A stretch of DNA of 64,000 nt from an uncultured Alphaproteobacteria bacterium (lineage in GTDB: Bacteria > Pseudomonadota > Alphaproteobacteria > HIMB59 > GCA-002718135), in contig CABXSY010000002.1 in the NCBI GenBank assembly GCA_902514875.1, forward strand, positions 12,083 through 76,082, given 5' to 3'. The notes beneath the pieces are model-generated. The model was not told where the DNA came from. It ran no database searches and worked only from the letters and a program-made list of their open reading frames with translations. Below are positions 8,106 through 16,231 of the stretch, in pieces (within the stretch, counting starts at the first letter, position 1; each line of letters begins with the position of its first letter). The position numbers and the translations under genes were made by a program.

Positions 8106-10130
8106 TTAATACTCTGCTAATACACCAGGTAAGAACTCATCAAGCTGATCAGCTTTTGGAGTGTAAAGTCTAGACCTCATAACTCCATCTTCTGCCCACT
8201 CATACATATACACAGGTGCACCAGGATGATTATTTTTTATCCTTTTATTGATTAAAAGTGCAGCTGGAGCTTGAATTAAGCCCACAGTATATACATTTTC
8301 AGTTCTAACTCTCTGGATATCTCTAGCAAGACTTGCAACTTCTGAAAGATCATTAGTTGATAATATGCCTTGAGCCTTATCAACCAGTGTTTCTTCAAAT
8401 GCTAGAAGATCGCCTTCATTATCTCTATGCCAAGCAGGATTTTGAGATGTTGTTGGCAATCTATCGCCAATATTCTTAGTCGCAACAACCCAGTGCTCTC
8501 TTGCAATATACATGCTCCAATTTCCACTATCAGTGAATGCATCAGTATTATCAGAAGGTTTTAAAACTGGTTTAATACCAATTGCTTCAAACATACTCAC
8601 AGAAGCATCAGCTAATTTATTATCCGTAGATCTTAAGCTATTATAAAGAACATCAATAACAAGGTCATCTCCTCCATTAGGGAGATTTCTTATACCATTG
8701 CCGTCTGAGTCTTCTAAACCAAGACCATCCAAAATTGAATTAGCTCCAGATACATTATATGCATAGTAAATTGAGTCATCAAAATTATGAAAAGGAGAAC
8801 CAGCTACAAAACCACCAGCATGTGGATGAAAAAAAGGTCCTCTAGCAACTGATTGACCCATAGTGTCTCTATCCATTGCATGTGACATTGCTTTTCTAAA
8901 TTCCACATTTCTAAATAATTTTCTAAGCTCTCTTTCATAATCGCTACTTACACCAAATTCTGAAGATAGATTCAGCATTAAGTCCCAAGCAATCAACCTA
9001 GTACCAAATACTGATTTAACTGGAGAATTCGGATCTTTGTTTTGTTTTAACGCTTCAACATAGTTTCCTGGATTTTCCATATTAGAAAAATCTCCAGTAC
9101 CAGCCAAGGCCTGAGTAGTTCTATCATCCCAAGATGTTAACTTGTAAATAGTTTCATTATAGTATGGAAGCTGATTACATTCTTCATCTACTTTCCAGTA
9201 ATACGGGTTACGCTTCATAACCATTAATTCATCTACTTTATGAACTACTGGAACAAAAGCTCCCATTGTAACAATAGGTAAAACACTTGCTGGCATTCCA
9301 TTTGCGTATGACTCGTAAGTTGCGTCACTATTATGCGCAGGATGCAATGGTTTCATTACATGAGATGGTCCAGGAGCACCTCCCATATATGCTAACTGTG
9401 CTAATACAGCATTACCTTTTGGTTCATCAAAATTAAATTTAAATGAATATGGTCCTAGTATTTCGAGAGTTGTTCCTGATCCTAATGCATCTTTAGGTAA
9501 TCTAGAATTTACATTAGCATCTTGAACATTATCGTTCCACCAAAAATCTATGTCTTCAGTGTCGAACATATCTCCATCAGACCATCTAGCTCCCTCTAAA
9601 AGATACATCGTTAGTGATTTTCTATCAGAACTAAATTCCCAATCTTTTGCCAAGTTTGGAAGTGGATTAGCTTCTTCTGCTTTAACTTGCCATAGAGGTC
9701 CAAGTCTAGTCAATGATTCCATTAGTTGAATATTAATTCCACCCCATCCTTGACTTTGTCCTGCTAACCAGTTGAATCCTTCTGGTCTTCCACCAATAAC
9801 ATGTCGGAATGTACCACCATACTCACCAATACCATCAACCATTTGATCTTTTTTTGCCATCCAGGGCTCTTTAGGCATTCTTTCGTTTACAGGTGGTAAC
9901 TTTCCAGCATCAACATAAGATTTAGTTAGAGGAGATTCATTATAACTATCACAACTTTGATAAGTCCATAAATCATCTCTTCCCACAAGTTCAATATCCA
10001 TACCGGACATACTCTTGTCTTTAGGCAAAGTTTCTAAACCACTTGCAGTTGAAGTCATAGCAAAAATACTAACTCCAACAAGTAAGCTTGCTGCCTTGCT
10101 TTTAAATTTGAATTTATTTTCAATACCCAT
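8106..10130 (-). CDS. ABC transporter periplasmic substrate-binding protein, family 5 (peptide/opine/oligosaccharide type), unusually long (674 aa)
   Basis: Signal peptide KAASLLVGVSIFAMTSTASG. The body resembles family 5 (…LAKDWEFSSDRKSLTMYLLEGARWSDGDMFDTEDIDFWWND…, …MKRNPYYWKVD…). The strong SD is GGGAGGAAAG (rc of 10131-10140). Confidence 0.85.
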   Translation of the reverse strand: MGIENKFKFKSKAASLLVGVSIFAMTSTASGLETLPKDKSMSGMDIELVGRDDLWTYQSCDSYNESPLTKSYVDAGKLPPVNERMPKEPWMAKKDQMVDGIGEYGGTFRHVIGGRPEGFNWLAGQSQGWGGINIQLMESLTRLGPLWQVKAEEANPLPNLAKDWEFSSDRKSLTMYLLEGARWSDGDMFDTEDIDFWWNDNVQDANVNSRLPKDALGSGTTLEILGPYSFKFNFDEPKGNAVLAQLAYMGGAPGPSHVMKPLHPAHNSDATYESYANGMPASVLPIVTMGAFVPVVHKVDELMVMKRNPYYWKVDEECNQLPYYNETIYKLTSWDDRTTQALAGTGDFSNMENPGNYVEALKQNKDPNSPVKSVFGTRLIAWDLMLNLSSEFGVSSDYERELRKLFRNVEFRKAMSHAMDRDTMGQSVARGPFFHPHAGGFVAGSPFHNFDDSIYYAYNVSGANSILDGLGLEDSDGNGIRNLPNGGDDLVIDVLYNSLRSTDNKLADASVSMFEAIGIKPVLKPSDNTDAFTDSGNWSMYIAREHWVVATKNIGDRLPTTSQNPAWHRDNEGDLLAFEETLVDKAQGILSTNDLSEVASLARDIQRVRTENVYTVGLIQAPAALLINKRIKNNHPGAPVYMYEWAEDGVMRSRLYTPKADQLDEFLPGVLAEY

Positions 10131-10218
10131 CTTTCCTCCCTTAGAAAAAATATTTAGTTAAATAAAATATTTTTTTTCTACAAAATCAATATCAAAAGTA
10201 AATTATTTTTTAATAATT

Positions 10219-11748
10219 TTATGAATTTGTAGAAATATTGATAAATTGATTATGAGTAAGAGATTCCTTGATAATTTGATTAAATTTTTGAGAAAAATCA
10301 TTGTAATATTGTCTGGAACTAGACCTTAAATCATACTTTTGCATTTGTTGTCTTGCTGATTCCTTATTTAGTAGCCCAAGACCGTCTACAACTGGGTAAT
10401 AAAGCTGTGATTGTACATGAGGTAGACCAGATAAGTAATCGTCAAAGTGGTCCAAACTTGGAAGTTCATCTTGCCAAAGTGATATAAGTTTTTTTGTTTC
10501 TTCACTAATACATTCATCAGCAACATATTCCCAAAATTGTGAATCTCTTCTCTTAGAAACATAATGCATATTTAAGAAAGTTTTAAAATCATCAAACTGT
10601 CGACCAATACGATTATTAAAATCTGATATTTTATTATCATCATTGAAATCCATTTCTTTTTTTAAATATTCAGAAGCAAATAAGATTAATTGAACCAAAG
10701 TACTATGAATGGAAGTGGCCTCCAATGGTTCAAGAAAACCTGATGATAAACCGATTGCCAAACAATTTTTTACCCAATACTTTTCAAGTCGACCACTATT
10801 AAATTTTATATCTCTTCGTGGTTCAATTTTATGTCCAAGAACTTTTTCTATTTCTTCTTGTGCTTGATCAGGTGAAATAAATTGATCACTATATACATAA
10901 CCCGCACCTATTCTTTCTTGAGTTGGTATTTGCCACATCCATCCAGATTTTTGTGCCCAAGCTAAAGTATAATTAATATAATTTTCTTCATTAATATCTA
11001 GAAAGAATGGCATTGCTCTATTAACAGGTAAATTGTCTTGATAAGATTTCCATTTTGTTTTGTACTGATCTCCAATAATTAATTTCCTAAATCCACTACA
11101 ATCAACAACGAGATCAACATCTAATTCTAAACCACTTTCAAAATATAAAGATTCTATTGTTCCATCATCTCTTACATTACAAGATGTATAAACATCGTCA
11201 ATTATTTCTATATTCTGAGATCTTTTTTTTAAATAACTAGCAACTAGTGAATTATCAAAATGATACGCATAATAAAATGGACTAATAAGTTCTAAATTAT
11301 TATCTTTGTAAACATAGGGAACTTTTTTATTTTGCATAAGTAACGTATGTAGGTGAATTTCTGAAACAGGTCTCCCAGCGGCAACGGCATAAGCTTTTAA
11401 GTATTCAAAACTTTCTGGCTTACTTTTTGGTGCTATTAATTGAGGGTCATCAATTGGTCCATAATAAGTATACCCCAATTCTTTCCAGTCTTTATGAACG
11501 ATGCCAAACTTTAAAGTAGCTTTAGTTTCTTTTAAAAAATCTGTCTCATCTAAATTATATTTTTTTAAAAACTCATAAAAAATACTTGTTGTTCCTTCTC
11601 CAACACCAATTGTTGGAATTTTTGATGATTCAATTACTTTTACATTTGCATTCAATTTATTAGAGTAAAAAAAATCACTCATAATATAAGCAGCTAACCA
11701 GCCAGCAGTTCCACCGCCTAAAATAACAACATTTTTAATTTCTTTCAT
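10219..11748 (-). CDS. Flavin-dependent halogenase family protein (tryptophan-halogenase-like)
   Basis: 509 aa. It has the FAD fingerprint VVILGGGTAGWLAA, GVGEGT, a Lys in ATLKFGI (aligning by eye with the catalytic Lys of PrnA/RebH), the halogenase signature WxWxIP as GWMWQIP, and GLSSGFLEPLEATSI containing the conserved Glu. The start lies 3 nt after the GH4 stop. Confidence 0.85.
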   Translation of the reverse strand: MKEIKNVVILGGGTAGWLAAYIMSDFFYSNKLNANVKVIESSKIPTIGVGEGTTSIFYEFLKKYNLDETDFLKETKATLKFGIVHKDWKELGYTYYGPIDDPQLIAPKSKPESFEYLKAYAVAAGRPVSEIHLHTLLMQNKKVPYVYKDNNLELISPFYYAYHFDNSLVASYLKKRSQNIEIIDDVYTSCNVRDDGTIESLYFESGLELDVDLVVDCSGFRKLIIGDQYKTKWKSYQDNLPVNRAMPFFLDINEENYINYTLAWAQKSGWMWQIPTQERIGAGYVYSDQFISPDQAQEEIEKVLGHKIEPRRDIKFNSGRLEKYWVKNCLAIGLSSGFLEPLEATSIHSTLVQLILFASEYLKKEMDFNDDNKISDFNNRIGRQFDDFKTFLNMHYVSKRRDSQFWEYVADECISEETKKLISLWQDELPSLDHFDDYLSGLPHVQSQLYYPVVDGLGLLNKESARQQMQKYDLRSSSRQYYNDFSQKFNQIIKESLTHNQFINISTNS

Positions 11749-11751
11749 AAA

Positions 11752-13236
11752 TTATTTATCAAATTCAAAAGCTTGTGCTTCTACAAGCAGAGATGATTCT
11801 TTGTCATTTTTTAATTCTTCAGGTGATCTTATTTTCATTCGAGCAGCGCCTTTAAAATTTTTCTTTTTAACAGTTGATTTTTTTATTCTTTCTAATGCTT
11901 GATCCATTTCATTTTGATATTGTGGTAACCACTTAGATTGAGCTACTAACATTTCATCTACCATTGCCCAAACTTCATCAGGTGAACAAACAGCACTTAC
12001 TAGTGGATCTTGTAGAACAGCTAATTTTAAAAGATTAATATCTCCATCAATTGCGGCTTTGACAGCCATTCTTTGCACATCAATTGAAGTTCGGCATAAA
12101 GAGGCACAAGCCATTGGTAATTCTATACCCTTAATCATTTTAATACCTTCCTTATCAACCATTCCAGTACTTTCAATTACACAATCATCTGGTAAATTTT
12201 TTATAGTACCATTGTTTACAACATTAAAATGACCTCTATAAGGTCTGTTAGTTTCTATAGCTTCAATTATATAACTTCCATGCTCAGTTGATCTTTTGTG
12301 AGTTGATAAATCAATTCCAGATTCATTTAAAAATTTTGAAAAATCTTCAACAAACCAATTTCTTTTTTCTGAAGTAACTCTTAAATATCCACCTGTTTCA
12401 CCATGTATCCAATTTGATAGATCAATCCAATTTGGTATTTCTTCTACCCTCTTTCTATACCATGGAAGATATTCACTTAAATGACCATTACTTTCAGTCG
12501 AGAATAAGCCAAATCTCTTTAGAATATCAATTCTAACTTTTTCTTGTTTTGATATTTCAGGATGATTTTCTAAAGCTTCGACAAGTACATCTTTTGAGAC
12601 GTTTTTGCCTTTAAATTTTAAATCGATGTACCACGTCATATGATTAATTCCACTGCACATATATTCAAGATCAGTACCGTTATCAGAACCTAAAGCCTTA
12701 GAAATTAATTTGGCACCACCTTGAACGCCGTGGCACAAACCAACCGTATTTACTTTTGCTTCAGATATAGCTGCCCATGTGTTCATTGCCATAGGATTAG
12801 AATAATTTAAAAATAACGCATCTTTATGAGAATACGATTTTATATCTTCACAAAAATTTAAAGTTTGAGGAATATTTCTTTGTCCATATAAAATTCCTCC
12901 AGCACAAATCGTATCTCCTACACATTGATCAACTCCGTATTGAAGGGGGATATTAATATCATGTTCAAATGCTTCTAACCCACCTATTCTAGTACAATTA
13001 ATAATATATTTTGCCCCATCTAAAGATTTTTTTCTATCAGTTGATTGTTCTATGTTTGCTGGGAGCTTATTTTGATCAATATCTTTTTGAATTAAACGAG
13101 AAATTAATTCTAAATTTTTTTCTGAAATATCGTGAAATGAAAAAGTGATATCTTGAAATTCAGGAACTTTTAGCAAGTCTCTTACTAAGGTTTGTGTAAA
13201 CCCTATACTCCCTGCACCAATAAAACTAATTTTCAT
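11752..13236 (-). CDS. Glycoside hydrolase family 4 (NAD+/Mn2+-dependent glycosidase), paralogue 1
   Basis: 494 aa. It has the N-terminal Rossmann MKISFIGAGSIGF, YSNPMAMNT, the metal/catalytic motifs VGLCHGVQG and GINHMTW, and a basic C-terminal extension not present in paralogue 2. Confidence 0.88.
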   Translation of the reverse strand: MKISFIGAGSIGFTQTLVRDLLKVPEFQDITFSFHDISEKNLELISRLIQKDIDQNKLPANIEQSTDRKKSLDGAKYIINCTRIGGLEAFEHDINIPLQYGVDQCVGDTICAGGILYGQRNIPQTLNFCEDIKSYSHKDALFLNYSNPMAMNTWAAISEAKVNTVGLCHGVQGGAKLISKALGSDNGTDLEYMCSGINHMTWYIDLKFKGKNVSKDVLVEALENHPEISKQEKVRIDILKRFGLFSTESNGHLSEYLPWYRKRVEEIPNWIDLSNWIHGETGGYLRVTSEKRNWFVEDFSKFLNESGIDLSTHKRSTEHGSYIIEAIETNRPYRGHFNVVNNGTIKNLPDDCVIESTGMVDKEGIKMIKGIELPMACASLCRTSIDVQRMAVKAAIDGDINLLKLAVLQDPLVSAVCSPDEVWAMVDEMLVAQSKWLPQYQNEMDQALERIKKSTVKKKNFKGAARMKIRSPEELKNDKESSLLVEAQAFEFDK

Positions 13237-13238
13237 AT

Positions 13239-13287
13239 TTTTATTTTTATACTGAGTAAATTAATTGACAATATTTTATTTTTATAC
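13239..13287. repeat. 14-nt direct repeat TTTTATTTTTATAC (13239-13252 and 13274-13287) in the 73-bp divergent control region
   Basis: The two copies are identical when read directly from the sequence, with a start-to-start distance of 35 bp. A TTGACA hexamer (13265-13270) lies between them. The sequence is T-rich, so chance occurrence in this genome cannot be excluded. Confidence 0.45.
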
Positions 13288-13309
13288 ATCATTAAAAAAA
13301 CTATAAAAG

Positions 13310-14050
13310 ATGACAGATTTACAGAATTTTATAAAAAATGGATTTGTTCTAAAGAAAAGTCTTTTTTCTAAAGAGGAAATTGATAAGTTAATTCAATACA
13401 TCACTATTCGACAAGACAAACAGCAAATTGCTAGAGAAACTACAACTTCAACTGGTAAATTAACAATGACCATGTGGAATCATCCTTCAGAAGATTTATT
13501 TGGAAAATTCTCTACTAATGAAAGAATAGTTAAACCAATGGAAATATTCTTAAATGATGAGGTTTATCATTATCATTCTAAAATTATTTGGAAAAATCCT
13601 GGTGATGGTGGATTTGATTGGCATCAAGATTATGGTTATTGGTATCACAATGCCTGTCTTTATCCAGATATGGCATCATGTTTTATAATGTTAGATAAAG
13701 CAAATAAAGAAAATGGCTGTCTCAAAGTATTAAAAGGTTCTCATCGTGTTGGAAGAATTAGCCATGCACGATCAGATACACCCGAACAGACAGCAGATAA
13801 TGAAAGAATAAGAGAACTAGAAAAAAGACATAAGTCTGTTTATATTGAAGCAGAACCAGGAGATGCACTATTTTTTCATGCAAATCTATTGCACTCTTCC
13901 GATGCGAATAAATCACAAAATTCTAGAAGAACATTAATAGTGTGCTTTAATACTAAATCCAATAATCCTTATAAAGAAATTGGACATGCCTCTTACAACC
14001 AGTTAAAAGTGGCAAAACATAATTCAATAATGGAGTATAAAATTGACTAA
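13310..14050 (+). CDS. PhyH-family Fe(II)/2-oxoglutarate dioxygenase (canonical HxD...H)
   Basis: 246 aa with NGFVLKKSLFSKEEI, HxD in FDWHQDYGYW, CFIMLDKANKENGCLKVLKGSHR, and the distal His in FFHANLLHSSDAN. Confidence 0.88.
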   Translation: MTDLQNFIKNGFVLKKSLFSKEEIDKLIQYITIRQDKQQIARETTTSTGKLTMTMWNHPSEDLFGKFSTNERIVKPMEIFLNDEVYHYHSKIIWKNPGDGGFDWHQDYGYWYHNACLYPDMASCFIMLDKANKENGCLKVLKGSHRVGRISHARSDTPEQTADNERIRELEKRHKSVYIEAEPGDALFFHANLLHSSDANKSQNSRRTLIVCFNTKSNNPYKEIGHASYNQLKVAKHNSIMEYKID

Positions 14051-15404
14051 ACTTACAATCATTGGTGCTGGTAGCGCAGTATTTACAAAAAATATTTTTA
14101 CCGATTTAATGTTTATAGATGATTTTAAAAAAATGGACATTGCACTTGTAGATATTGATGAAAAAAGATTAAAAATTTCACATGAATTATTAGATGTAAT
14201 AGCAAAAAAATTAAATGCTTCTCCAAATATAAAATCTTATACTAATAGAAAAGAGGCGTTGGCAGATTCTGATTTTGTACAATCAACTATCCAAGTGGGA
14301 GGATACAAACCATCAACAGTAATAGATTTTGATATTCCAAATCAATTTGGGTTAAAACAGACAATTGCCGATACCCTAGGCATTGGAGGAATTATGAGAG
14401 GCCTAAGAACAATTCCCGTTTTAGTTGATATTGGTAAAGATATAATGGATCTTTGTCCAAATTCATTATGGTTGCAATATGTAAACCCAATGTGTTCAAA
14501 TATGATAGCAATAAATAATGCTTGTCCTGGAATTAATTCTATAGGACTATGTCATTCAGTGCAAGGAACTGCCGAAATGCTTGCTAGAGATTTAAATGAA
14601 AAAATTGAAGATATTGATTATCTATGTGCTGGGATTAATCATATGGCTTTTTATAAAAAGTTTACAAAAAAAAATGGCAATGGTGGAGAGGATCTTTATC
14701 CAAGATTGAAAAAATTAGCTGATGATATTGTTAGAGATAAAATAACATCTACTAGGAGTATAGGTAAGGATAGTGAGTCAGATAAAGTTCTACATGAAAA
14801 AGTAAGATATGAAATTTTAAGACGATTTGGTTATTTTGTTACAGAGTCCAGTGAACATTTTGCTGAGTATGTTCCATGGTTTATTAAACAAAACAGACAA
14901 GATTTAATTGATCAATATAAAATTCCAATTGAAGAGTATATTGATAGGTGTGAAAATAACATCAAGTTATGGGATGATTTAGAAAAAGATATGACACCTA
15001 TTCATAATGAACCTCTAAAAAGAGGAAAGGAATATGCATCATTCATTATGGATGCTGTAACAAATAATAATGAAGTAACGATTAACGGCAATGTAATGAA
15101 TGATGGATATATAGATAATTTACCATCAAATTGTTGTGTTGAAGTTCCCTGTTTAATAAATTCAAATGGTAATCAACCTCAAAAGACCGGTCGCTTACCT
15201 GAACATTTAGCAGCTTTAATGAGAACAAATATAAATGTTCAAATATTGACTGCAGAAGCGGCATTAACAAATAAAAAAGAACATATTTATCATGCTGCAA
15301 TGCTGGATCCACTTACTGGAGCAAATTTATCTATTGATGAAATATATTCTATGGTTGATAAATTAATTGATGCTCACGGTAATTACTTACCCAAATATCA
15401 TTAA
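14043..15404 (+). CDS. Glycoside hydrolase family 4 (NAD+/Mn2+-dependent glycosidase), paralogue 2
   Basis: 453 aa from TTG. It has KLTIIGAGSAVFT, YVNPMCSNM, IGLCHSVQG and GINHMAF. It overlaps the upstream PhyH gene by 8 nt. Confidence 0.88.
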   Translation: MTKLTIIGAGSAVFTKNIFTDLMFIDDFKKMDIALVDIDEKRLKISHELLDVIAKKLNASPNIKSYTNRKEALADSDFVQSTIQVGGYKPSTVIDFDIPNQFGLKQTIADTLGIGGIMRGLRTIPVLVDIGKDIMDLCPNSLWLQYVNPMCSNMIAINNACPGINSIGLCHSVQGTAEMLARDLNEKIEDIDYLCAGINHMAFYKKFTKKNGNGGEDLYPRLKKLADDIVRDKITSTRSIGKDSESDKVLHEKVRYEILRRFGYFVTESSEHFAEYVPWFIKQNRQDLIDQYKIPIEEYIDRCENNIKLWDDLEKDMTPIHNEPLKRGKEYASFIMDAVTNNNEVTINGNVMNDGYIDNLPSNCCVEVPCLINSNGNQPQKTGRLPEHLAALMRTNINVQILTAEAALTNKKEHIYHAAMLDPLTGANLSIDEIYSMVDKLIDAHGNYLPKYH

Positions 15405-16231
15405 TGTCTAAACTTACAGTTAAAGATTTATTTGACAAAAAAGGAAAAGTTAAATTAACAGAACTATATGTGACAAATGCTTTAGAAGCATATGCAGCTG
15501 AACAGGCTGGGATAGATATTCAAATTGTTTCATTCAAAAAAGATACTCTGAGAACTGGCGTACCAACAAACAAATGGTTTCGAGACGCTCATATTAAAGA
15601 TATTCGTGATGCAGCAGCAAACACTTTTATGATTTATGGCCTTGGTCAACTATCTTCACCAGAAAAAGCAATTGATGCTGCACTTATTGCAAGGGAAAAT
15701 GGTGCTGATGCAGTTTATTGCGGTAATAGTCCAAAATATATAGAAGCTCTACGAAATGAAGGTTTGCCAGCAGTCAGTCATATTGGTTTAATTCCATATA
15801 AAAGTACATGGACAGGCGGGTTCAAAGCAGTTGGGAAAGATGCACAATCTGCTTATAGGGTTTATCAAGATGCTTTAGCATATGACCAGGCGGGGGCTAT
15901 TGGTCTAGAGGTAGAATGTGTTCCTGATAGAGTTGCAGAAATAATTACAAATAAAGTTAATTCATTAACGTTATCCATGGGGAGTGGCCCTAAATGTGAT
16001 GTTGAGTTTTTATTTATACAAGATGTTATCGGAACAAATACTGATAGAGTACCTCGTCATGCTAAAGTTTTTAAGGATACAAATAAATCTTATGAAAAGC
16101 TTGTTGATGATACTGTGGAAGGACTTAAAAATTTTATTAAAGACGTAAATACTAAGAAATTTCCAAGTCCATCAAATATTGTCGAAATAAAAGATGAAGA
16201 GTTCGAAAAATTTTTAAATAAAGTTGGTTAG
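15404..16231 (+). CDS. PanB-like protein (ketopantoate hydroxymethyltransferase fold, ICL/PEP-mutase superfamily), probably not a true PanB
   Basis: 275 aa. The C-terminal half aligns by eye with E. coli PanB: SHIGLIPYK~GHLGLTPQS, LEVECVP~LVLECVP, LSMGSGP~IGIGAGN, PRHAKVF~PKFAKNF. The N-terminal metal-ligand positions differ (see findings). The start overlaps the GH4 stop (TAATG). Confidence 0.65.
   Translation: MSKLTVKDLFDKKGKVKLTELYVTNALEAYAAEQAGIDIQIVSFKKDTLRTGVPTNKWFRDAHIKDIRDAAANTFMIYGLGQLSSPEKAIDAALIARENGADAVYCGNSPKYIEALRNEGLPAVSHIGLIPYKSTWTGGFKAVGKDAQSAYRVYQDALAYDQAGAIGLEVECVPDRVAEIITNKVNSLTLSMGSGPKCDVEFLFIQDVIGTNTDRVPRHAKVFKDTNKSYEKLVDDTVEGLKNFIKDVNTKKFPSPSNIVEIKDEEFEKFLNKVG

Noticed and set aside
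1-16231. Apparent higher G+C in the first 16 kb, considered as evidence of horizontal transfer.
   Set aside because: My hand counts of single 60-nt lines show large local variation everywhere: 23/60 in the SBP gene, 25/60 in carB at 23221-23280, and 7/60 at 44401-44460. Composition tracks protein conservation rather than location. A proper sliding-window GC and codon-usage analysis is needed before any HGT claim.
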